From contig JALDZX010000116.1 in the NCBI GenBank assembly GCA_022813865.1, positions 1-33,188 on the forward strand: DNA of 33,188 nucleotides, written 5' to 3'. The translations under genes and the position numbers were made by a program. A model generated the notes under the pieces. It was given only the letters and a program-made list of their open reading frames with translations, ran no database searches and was not told where the DNA came from. This DNA is from Xylographa opegraphella (Eukaryota). Below are positions 11,052 to 22,735 of the stretch, in pieces; the stretch's first letter is position 1, and every line of letters starts with the position of its first letter.

Positions 11052-14000
11052 TATGAAATACATGGTTTTGAGCTCGAAATGCAATACGGAATTTAACTAT
11101 TAAATTAAATTAAAAAGGGAAACGCTCAGAACCGTAAATTTTAATTATATATATATTAAACTTTCTAAACGAGAAGCCACCCCCAGGATGCGAGCAGCCA
11201 GAAATCACGCTCAAAATACAGACCGGCAGATAAACAAGTTGATAAATAAATAAATAAGCAGGTTGAACGCTATTTCGAACTCTGTATATTATAGTATTTT
11301 TCTTTTTTTCATATTTTTTGATCTTAAAAAGATTTAAATTTAATATAATCAGAACGTGAAATATTTACAATTATAACGTATAAAATAAATACAAGCGAAA
11401 TATAAAAATAACGAATTTAAACGTAATATAAAATTTTACGAATATAAACGTAATATCAAACTTCGCAAATATAAATATAATATAAAATAATAAATATAAT
11501 ATGAACGTAATGTAAACCTATTAACAAAATATAAATACAAATAAAAATTAAAAATTAAAAATTTAAAAAGTTATTTATTAAATAAAGAGTTTAAAGCATA
11601 AAGATATTTTTGGTAAAATTTTTTTATTAATAACGACGCGTTTTGCTTAATAATTTCTGCTTATTCAATGATGAAATCTTTATAGCCTTGTTATTTATAA
11701 ATATATTTAAAATTGCGCTTTATATATTTCGATTGTACTATTTTTTCGATAATAAACTTTTAATATAATTCGTTTTTATTTACCATTTTGATAGGAAATA
11801 AAATAATTAACGCTCGCGTATTTATTTTTTATTATTTAAACAATTTTACGTAAAAAATATTATGAATTTTACATATATTCGAGAGGTTCAATTTATAAAT
11901 CCGCTTTTTAATTTATTTAATAATTTAAAATGATTTGAAATATTGATTATTAAACTTTTTTATAATAAGCGTATTATTCGAATATTCGTGTTTTTTAAAA
12001 GAATCAAGTCGTTTTCTTTGAATTTTACTAAAGAATAATATTTGTTATAATATTTTGCTTAGATCTTTTATACGGCCTTTATTATACATTTTAATTTTTA
12101 TTAATATTTTTAATATTTTTCGCGTAGATTATAGCGTTTATGGATATTTTGTTAGTTTTAACGTTTATTATTATTTGTAACCGTTAATATTTCCCCTTTT
12201 TTTTAAACAAAAAAGGGTAATACTTTCACAAATATATTAATATTGTTTATATATATATATTTAATAATTAATAAATAATAATTCGTTTAATTATTGTGAT
12301 TTTAACTAAATAAAACTCGTAGGCACTGTTTTATTATTTAATTATATTTTTTAAATTCATTTATCGCATTGGAAATAATAAATTATTAATAATTTGAATT
12401 TAATTTTTAATACTTTAAATAAAGTTTTTTAGAATTTCAATATAAATAAGATTTCTCTGTCACTTACGATTAATTTTAATATTATATAATATTCGAAGAA
12501 AATTTAATTATTAAATATTCGAATTGAGCCGCGTTTATTTTGACATAATATAAAATAAAATAATTAATTTTAATTAATTGATCAACTAAGGTTATTATTA
12601 AATTATATTTAAAATTATAGCCTTTATCGGTCGAGAATTTAAAATGTGATGTTTTTGTAATTATATTAGTTAAAATATTAACTTAAAAATAGTTAAAAAT
12701 AAATAATAATTGCAGTTTTTCGTTCGATATTACTCGAGGCACCTTTGTTCTTTAATATATATTATATATTCTTATACAATCTCGAATAAAGTTTTTGAAT
12801 TCAAGCCAGTAATAATATTTATTAATAAAATAAAATATTTTCGTTGCTTTAAAATATTATATTATAAAAATATCGTAGTGTTTCTTTAAAAGGCGATTTT
12901 GTAGCGCAAATAAAACATAAAATTTTTTGTTCTTAAAAAATAATAGGCTATCGCGAATAATAAAGTTCGAATATACCGTCGATATTGCGATTACGAAACG
13001 AAACGTATTATTTTTTGATAACAATTTTTTAATTTAAAATAATAAATTAATTTATATATCGTCGAGTATCGCGATTAAGTATTTTTCAACGTTTTATATT
13101 ATTGTTAATCTATAATTAAGAAGTTTTTTTTAAAAAGGGTTATAAATATTTTTACATAAATAAATTACAATATAAATGTTTTTAAATTTAAAATTGATTG
13201 TATAATTCGCGCGTCGTAACGATGCGTTAGTTAAATTAAATTTATTCAATATACATAAAACTACGAAATTAAAATTAACGAAATATTTTATTTAACGTAT
13301 TTATCGCCGCGATAAATTTATTATAATAGTAAACGTACGTAAACTATTATAGTCGTTATATATTAGAATTTGCTTTTTTGCGTCCTTAAAGTAATGTTTC
13401 CAGGCTTTAAAAACTGCTAAAATCCCTAAAAGTTCGCCGTTTCCCGTAGTATAATTCAATTTAACAACGATTAATTTCCTAAAGTAAAATATAATAAAAT
13501 GTTCATATATATTGTTTATTTTTCAATTTTTTTCTTTCTAATCGCGAAATCGTTTGCGTTCTAATATATAAAACTCTGTTTTTCGAAAAAGAATCAAAGT
13601 AAAAACGCTTTTAAAAATGTCGTTTTTGATTTCTTAGATACGAATAACGCTGTTATAATTATAACGGATTTTTTGAATTAAATCGATTATGACTACGGCG
13701 ATTTTGCTATAATAAAAAGTAAAGCGTCGATAAATATTCGTAAAATCTAAAAAAATTGAATTTTTTTAAAATATACTAGTACGGGTTAATTCGATATCGT
13801 AATAATATATAATTAAAATATACCTGGGATATTGTAAAAATCGAAAGATATAATATAATATTCGAAAATTTTATATCGCGTTTAAAACGTCGTTATCCAT
13901 TCTTGACTACGCTGAATTTAAGTTAAATTAAATATCGCAATCAAGTTCAAGCGTATCAAACGTTGAATTTTTAATAGTCGATTTATTAATCCGAGGATTA

Positions 14001-14693
14001 AAAAAGAATATTTATTTTTTATCATAATTGTATTTAAATCGCGGTAAATAATATATAATTTTAAAAAAATCGTATTTTTTACGAAAAGAATTAACGCGCC
14101 TATTAAATTCGTAAATCTTTTAATAAATTTTAATATAAAATTCATATTGATATAAATCTTTAATATTTTACATTTAATTTGAAAAGGTTGTATAAAAAAT
14201 CGAACAAGGTATATTATTCGATAAAAATCTAACTTTATAATCGACTTTAAAATAATATTTAAATAATATAATTATCTTAAATTCGTTGAAAGTATTTACG
14301 AACCTTATATATTTTTCAAGAAATATAAACAATTTAATATTAAATTCCATAATTTAATTTATTTCAATAAACTATTATTAACGTTTTATAATTAATCTGT
14401 TTTTTTAAAATTTTTAGCGCGTATAATACCCGGGCTTTATTTAATTAAAACGTATATAAATTTCGTTCGAAATTACTTTTTACAGTTATTAATTAAAATT
14501 TTAAATCTTTAATTTCATTATAATTTAAAGGCTAGTTAAATAAAATTAAAGCGCCGTAATTTTTCGACTCGCTATACGATAGTGATAATTCGAGAGTTTA
14601 TATTGATAAAATAATAATAAAATTAAATAAAACCTTTAACAATTTTTTGTTCTTATAAAATAATACTCGAATAACCACCCTGAAATCGATTAT
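11052..14693 (-). mobile_element. Ty3/Gypsy (chromovirus) family A copy, RIP-inactivated, internally deleted, 5' end missing; 3' LTR 11052-11296
   Basis: Minus-strand relic translations give a chromodomain KFIIEKIVQSKYIKRNFKYIYK*QGYKD (~11600-11762) and an integrase C-terminus YKLNL..KIHNIFYVKLFK (~11835-11905). RNase H reads NYTTGNGELLGILAVFKAWKHY (13391-13457). RT reads EWITTF*TRY (~13873-13902) and ALILFVK..LKLYIIYRDLNTIMIKNKY (ORF 13918-14145). Domain order is RT-RH-IN-chromo. Confidence 0.9.
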
Positions 14694-16254
14694 TGTGAAA
14701 TGCAAAATTTTGAACTCGAGGTACAAAGCGTATTTGATTTATCAAGTTGAAAAATTAAAGAGTGAAATTCAGGATCGCATATTCTGATTATATATATATT
14801 AAACTTCTTAAATAGGAAGTTACGCCCAGGGTGCGAGCAGGTAAAAATTACGCTCAGAATATAAATAAATAAACAAATAGGCAAACGGGTCGAACGTTAT
14901 TTTGAATTCTGTATTTTATAATATTTTTCTCTTTCCCATGTTCTCTGACCTCAGAAAGAGCTAAAATTGATTATATAAGCGAAATATATAAAATAAATAT
15001 AAACGAAATATAAAATAGCGAATACAGACGTAACATAAAATTTTCCGAATATAAACGTAATATAAAACTTCGCGAACACAAATAAAATATAAAATAACAA
15101 ATATAATATAAATATAACGTAAATTCATTAATAAAATAAAATTATAAACGAAATATAAATTAATAAATTTTTATAAAATTCTGAAAAATTATTTATTAAG
15201 CAGAGAATTCGGTGTAAAAAATATTTTTTATAAAAAATCTTTATTAACGTCGACACGTTAAATTTAATAATTTTGGTTAATTTAATAATTATATTTTTAC
15301 AGCCTTGTTATTTATAAATATATTTTAATTACATTATTTCTCTAATTACAAACTTTTGATATCATTCGGTTTTATTTATTATTTTATTAAAAAATAAAAT
15401 AATTAAAGCTCGTTTATTTATTTCTCGCAGTTTAAGATTTTTTATATAAAAATGTTATAAATTCTATACGTACTAAGAAAATTGATTTTATAAATCTATT
15501 TTTTAATGCGCTTTATGATTTCAAATAATTTAAAATTCGATCGTTGAATTTTTTAAATAAACGTATTATTCAAATAATTGTATTTCGTAAAACAATCAAA
15601 TCGTTTTCTTTAAATTTTATCAAAAAATTATATTTGTTATAATATTTTATTTAAATTTTCTATGCGATTTTTATTATACATTTCAATTTTTTTCAATTGC
15701 TTTAATATTTTTCGTATATATTATGATGTTTATTAACATTTTATTAATTTTAACGTTAATAATTGCTCATAATTATTTAAGATTTTTTTCGAAAAAGGGC
15801 GATATTTCTATAAATACATTAATATTATCAATATATATATATTTAATCACCGACAAATAATTTATTCAATCGTTTTAATTTTAATTAATAAAAGCCCGTA
15901 AATATTATTTTATAATTTAATTATACTTTTTAATTCATTTATTAAATTAAAAATAATATATTATCGATAGGTTAAACTTATTCTTTAAAACTTTAAATAA
16001 TATTTTTAAAATTCTAATATAGATAAAATTTCTTTATCGTTTATAATTAATTTCAATAATAGATAATATATTGGAAATCACGCCGCCTGGCAAAATGCTT
16101 TTTATATTGTCTGGAGACAACATAAACGCTAGCTCGATATTAAGTTAACGTAATTATTCAATTAACGTAATTATTAATTTCATATAATTATTGATTTAAT
16201 ATAATTATTAAAGTAACGTAATCGTATATAAAAGAGTTTTTTTTTTAAAAAAAA

Positions 16255-16963
16255 CATCAGCAAAAAGAAGTCTTGCTTAAAATTCAAGGTTTTACAGGCC
16301 GATCGAAAAGTAGTATGCTTTTTGCTCATTTAACACGTTTAGGTTCAGCACGTTTAGTACAAAAAGCAAAAAATATTACTTTTAACTTTTTTGATTAAAA
16401 ATATTTTATATATTTAACTTTTTTAATAAATATTTTATATATTTAACTTTTTTAATAAATATTTTATATATTTAAAATACGTTTAAAATAAGTTTTTAAT
16501 ACCTTTTTAAAACATTGCTAAAAATAGAGTAAATTATAAAGTTTTAAACTAACTCGGGGTATTATTCGTAAATATTCGATAACGCTGTAACTTTACGAAT
16601 ATTCAACGTAATTTAAACATTTTAACGGATTTGGATTTTGGACGTAAAATTGATTGATTTGCGTATTTATATTGCTTAAAAAAGCTTAGTAGGGGGCCTG
16701 CGTAAAGGGATTTGAAAGATTTTTTTTCGAATTTTTTTTTTGCTTAATCAGTTTTTATCTGTTTTTAATATTTTTAAATATGTGTTATAAGCGAATTAAC
16801 CATTTTGGGACATTTTTTTTTTAAATTTTTTGATTTAGTAAAAAATTACTGAACGTACTGAATGCGCAAAAAGCATACGAAAAGCATACAAAAATTAGAA
16901 ATCTTGTGCTGTTTATGCAAATTTGCTTTTTGATCGAATTTTCGTTTTTCCTTTTTGCTGATG
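16255..16963 (-). mobile_element. Complete MITE-like non-autonomous DNA transposon (709 bp) inserted in the Copia 5' LTR
   Basis: Perfect 13-bp TIRs CATCAGCAAAAAG / CTTTTTGCTGATG. It is absent from the sister LTR (empty site ~22770-22780). Two other partial copies occur in the window. It has no ORF. Confidence 0.88.
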
Positions 16964-19900
16964 AAACAATCTTTTTACGCATTTTGATAAATAATCTAAT
17001 AAGGTATCAATTTAATTTATTTATTTTAATTGATTATAAGCTCGAATTCGCGTAACGATTAAAATATTTAAATAATCACACGAAATAGTTTAATACTCCA
17101 TAGTTTACTATAAACTCGATATTAATAAATATTACGATTATTTATTACGCGTTTTTTACGATAAAAATAAATAAATATATATTAAACGACTTTTATTACG
17201 CGTTTTAAAGAAATAAATAAACCTCGCGATTATTTACTACGCCATTTTTTCGATAAAAGTAAATAAATATATATTTTCGCGGTTACTATAACGCGCTTTT
17301 AAAAAGCAAATAAATTTTTTATAACTCGAAAGTTTACGGTACTTGCAGTAATTAATAACGCGAAGTTAATATATATACACTTTTATCGATAATTTAATAT
17401 AATAATAGATGTTTTATTTTAATAATACTTTTTCTTATATCGCGAGTTAAATTTTTTATTATTTAAAAAAACTTCTGCCTCGCTCGATTAATTAGTAAAT
17501 AAATTAAAATTGAATAAACGATACGCTATAATTTCGATCGAATTTTATAGTTTAAAACGCCTTTTTTTACTAATAAAAACAAATTATTTTTAATGATTTA
17601 TTCTCGCCAAAAAATATTTTATATATATTCAAATAAATATTTGGTACAATCAAGTAAATATTTAATGTTGACGCTATAATTGCCTTTATAAATTTAAATA
17701 ATATTTTAATTAATAATTTAATTATTTTAACATCTGACTTTTTAAACAACAATTTAAATGTTTTTATTATGTTTAATAACGATAAACGGGCGAAATGGAA
17801 TAAAAATGACGTAAAAATATATTAATGAATAATTGTTTACATCGATAATATCGATCATCAACGCGTACAGAAATTTTTAACGGCTAAAAATAAGTAAAAC
17901 TCGTTAGAATGTAAATATACGTATTTTTTATTGATAAATTAACAAGTAATAATTAATTATATTAATTATAAAAAGTCAAACTCGATCACAATTAAAGAAA
18001 TTTGAATATATTTAGAAAATTTTATAAAATAAATCGTAACAGTATATTTTATACTAGCGATTATTTTTAATATTATTAGTATTTTTTATTTATTAATTTT
18101 ATTTATTTTTCGAGAAATAAAAAATAGTTAAAAATAGTTTCAATATACGAGAAATTTAAAACGCGAAAAAGATTTATTAAACTATTGAAAAAACTCATGA
18201 ACTTTAAATAATAACGTTTTTTAAATCAAATAAAGCGACCGCGAAAATAAAAATAAAAATAAAAAATTTATTAGTAAAAACATTCATTTAGCCTCGAACG
18301 ATCGAAATTTCGCTATAATAAATTTAGTAAATATTTTTGTTGTCGAGAAAAATATTTTTTAATAAATTATAATAAAATATTTTTTACTAAAAATTGAATC
18401 AATATAAAACGCTCGAAAAACTTTCTTAAATATAAATTATTTAACAATAAAAGTTTTAATAAAAATAAAAAAATTTATAAAACAATCCAAGTAAAAATTA
18501 TCGCGAATATAACGCTAAAAATTAACTAAACGATAACGAGTTAATAAATTTCGAATTTAACTTTAAAAATAAAAGAATCGAAATTACCGCTTTTTAAAAG
18601 TCTTTATTAATAAAACTTTGTAATTCCATTAAATAATCGATTCTGACGCTTTTTTATATAATTAATTAATTTAAACTTTTTAATAAATTTTTAGTTAAAA
18701 TAAAAAATCGCCGGATAAAAATTAAAAACATTTATATACTAATTACGCTGGCATGATTATCATATAAAATGGAAAAAATTATAAAATAATTTTCATTTTC
18801 ATTTTCTATATTTCCAATTTTAATAATAATTTTTTAATGAACGAATATGCGAGAAAAGCTTGCGTGATAGCTTTAATAAGAAAATTATATATACATAATT
18901 AAAATAATGAAATAATAATTATTATTCGTAAAACGGGTAACGTATATATTATTGAAAAAATAGTAAAAGAATTTAATAATTTCGCTTCTACTATTTTTAA
19001 TTGCAGTAAAATCGACCGTATATAATTTGTTTAAATATAAAAAACGCTTAATCTCCCGAGCTAGCCGACGTTTTTATATTTAATTAAATATAATTTAAAT
19101 TGCTAGTTAACAATATAAACTTATTATTTAAATAAAAACATTAGATCGCTTAAAAGTAATATAATTTAAAATATGAAAAGTATTCGTTGAGCATCGTAAT
19201 TTCGCGTATTGAAAATACGTTAAACAAAGGAATTTATATCAAATAATTAAAATTCAGAAGTTAATTATCGTTTTACAAAACATTAACGATACTGACCAAA
19301 TTTACGTTTTTTTATAGTTTTAAAATTAAAGAAACCACGTTATAAATAAGCTTATATTTAAATTTCTTGCCTTAATTTTAATTAATATATATAAATTCTT
19401 ATCAGTATTTCGCGAAAACTATATTTCTTTTCGATCGTAAATAATTATTTTAAAAAAATGAAAAATTTTTGTTAAAATAAAAATCAGACGCGATTGTCGA
19501 ATTAAATAAATAAAAATAAACTATAAAATTTCAATTTAAAATAAAAATTATAGTAATTTATAATAATAAGGCTTTGAAATTTAAACTTATCTTAAACGAC
19601 TAAATATTAAATATTAAAATCGTTTCGTAATATATAATATTTTATAAATTAATAGAAATAGCGTTATTACACGATTAATATAAATCTCGAAGAATTTAAT
19701 ACAGCGTTATATTTTAAAATATAAAAGTTTTTATCGAATTTTAAATAAAAGCTAATTTAATTAACATTTATTTAAAAAGTCGAATTGATATTAATTTTAT
19801 AATAAATAATAAGTTTATATCGCCTAAAGAAATTTAAATAAATACTATTTTCAATATTAAATATATTAAGATTTAAGAATATAAATATTATTTTGAGGTT

Positions 19901-21838
19901 AATTCGAAATTACTATTTTAAAAAATAAAATAAAATAAGTTTATACCACGAGATCGTATAAGTGTATCCATGAAATACGTTAATAAAATTAATAAACAAT
20001 AATTTTTATAAATATCGAATTTTTAACGCGTTATTAAAAATTACGTGGTAAGATTTAAAGAAAATATATTTGAAAAATTGATCGATTTTAAATTTTTTCG
20101 TTTATTTAAAAAAACTTTTTTGTTAACGATTAAATTTTTTTTAAATATAACGATTTTTAAGCGAAAACAATTAATCAATTAAAATACTCAAAATGCGTTG
20201 TTAATCGTCGAAATTCCCTTTATTCAATTATTTAAAAAGAAATTTAACAAGGCCAATCTGGATAATGATTAACTATTATAAATATTTTTCGTTTTAATTT
20301 AAATAAAATTTATTATTAAAAATCATTTTTCAATTTTAAAAGAAAATTCGACGAAATAAACTTCGTTAATTAAAAGTTAAAAATAATAAAAATATTTGAA
20401 ATCAATTCAAAGAATTTATTATTTAAGATCGAAAAAAATTGACAATATAGTATCATTAGCGTTTTTAGCAAAAAACGATAAAAACGACAAATTAATTATA
20501 AAATTAAATATCGTTTCTATTTTATTAACGTATAAAAAACGAATAAAATTTAAAATAAAAAAAACTTTAAAAGAAAGGTCGTAAATGCGGAAATTATCGT
20601 ACTTATAATTAATAAAATTGAGAAAAAATAATTTTATTGAAAAACGTCAATATTATTATAAACAAATAAATATTTAAATCGAAATTTACGCTAACGATTT
20701 ATCAAACAAATTTAAGGCTCGTATTATAATAATTCTTTTCAAAAAATACGGCGTAAATTATAAAAACATTTTTATGTTAATTATAAAATATAATACGCTT
20801 CGCCTTTTTTGCGTTAATAATGATAATAAATTTCAAGTACGATTAAATAAACGTTAATAACGTTTTTATTCAATCTTTTTTAAAAACAATTTATATATTA
20901 TTTTTATCGAAAATTAAAGTTAAATTAAAATATTATTTAAAAATACTGCGAAACTTTTATAATTGAAAATAAATAACTCGTGATTATTGTAGACGCTGTA
21001 TTGAAAATCTCGAACGAAATAATTTTAAATAATATAACGTTAATCTTTATTTATTAATTTTTTTAGAATTTTTTTAACTATCTTTATACGTAAACAATAT
21101 CGAAGTTGTAGTACCTCGTTAAATTAAAATTAATTGATTCAAAGCTAAATTCGCAAACTTTTTTAAAATTTAAGATTTAAAATTTAAAAAATATTAAAAA
21201 ATATTGTAAATATTGAAATTACGCGCGATAAAAAGATCGCTTAATTTATTTAAATTAAATTTATTATTTAAAAAAAATTCGCAAAACTATATATAAAAAC
21301 AAATAAATATAAAATAATAAATTTTTTTTATAAATGATTACGACTCGCTTTGATTGATCGACTTTAAAAATAAAAAAATTAGTTAACGCAAATATTAATA
21401 CGTAATTAAAAATGTAGTATACGCCTTTATATATACGCGTTTTAATATCGCTTTTACCTTAAAAAAATTAAATTAATATTTTAAGATTTTTATAAAATAT
21501 TACGATCGCGTATTGAAATTTTATTTCGTCACGTTTAATTAACGATTAATCTTAAAATAATTTATAAAAATAATAAAGTTTTTAATTTTATGATTACTTC
21601 GATTTTAATTACGCGATAAATAAATTAAGTGAAAAATACAATTTTAAATACGTATATATATTCAGCAAAAGGTTTATTGCTTAAAGAATTTTTTAACAAA
21701 AATTAATATTTATTTTAATTATTAAAATTAAATATATAGCTTTGTCAAGCTACGCAAAAAAGTGACTTTAAATTATATAATTATTTAAAATTTTAGCTAC
21801 AGTAAACATTTAGGCATTAAATTAAATAATATTAAAAT

Positions 21839-22069
21839 TGTAACGGCGTGTTACATGGCACTTTAACAAGTGATAGACGGAACGGGACTAAAGCGTGTCC
21901 GGGACTCAGGCTAGTTCGAAAGCGGTTAGGAGTCTTGGCGTCAGCACTGTTTATCTTAACTTCTACGTGTATTACTAAACTTGCTTCCTTATATTATTCT
22001 AGGTTGAAATCGCTCACCTATAGCTGTGGTTCTAGGCCTGCTTTTCTGGTGAGATAGCGAGCTGTAACA
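21839..22069. mobile_element. Solo LTR (231 bp) inserted in the Copia RNase H region, little RIP
   Basis: Termini TGTAAC...GTAACA, with a perfect 5-bp TSD AAAAT at 21834-21838 and 22070-22074. It is a GC-balanced island in AT-rich host sequence. Confidence 0.9.
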
Positions 22070-22431
22070 AAAATTATAAAAAATAATCAATATTAAAAAA
22101 ACTCGTTAATATAGCTGAAAAAAAATTAAATATTATCAACGCTAATTAACAATATTTATATTTTTAGGAAATCGAAGTGTATTAACGTTGCCTATCATTT
22201 TATTAAAGAAATAAAATAAAATAAATTTCGTATTTACGTAAGATATAATTACAAATAAATATATTAGATTACTATTTAAATCTAGTTTTCAAAGATTTAT
22301 TATTTAATTCAAAACTAAAAGTAATAAAAGCTAGTGATTAAGTAAATATCGTATAAAACTATTAAAAATAGCGCCGTTTAACAGAATATTTTTTATATTA
22401 GTTAAGAATAATATAAACGCTAGCTCGATAT

Positions 22432-22735
22432 CAAATAACGTAACTATTTATTTAATATAATTATTTATTTAATATAATTATTTATTTAATATAATTATTT
22501 ATTTCATATAATTATTAGTATAATATAATTAATAATTTAATATAACTATTGATTTAATATAATTACTAATACAAGTATTTAATTCAGATAGCTATTAATT
22601 TAATATAATTATTAATATAATATAATGGTTAATTTAATATAATTATTAATATGATATAATTATGAATATAACATAACTATGAATATAATATAATTATTAA
22701 TTCAATATAGTTATTAATTTAATATAACTGTGAAA
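22432..22735. repeat. Degenerate 17-bp tandem array inside the Copia 3' LTR
   Basis: Roughly 17 units of about ATAATTATTAATTTAAT (variants ataactattgatttaat, ataattatgaatataac, ataactgtgaaactagc). Confidence 0.8.

Noticed and set aside
22432..22735. CRISPR-like array
   Set aside because: These are head-to-tail degenerate tandem units without unique spacers, inside an LTR of a eukaryotic genome with no cas genes.
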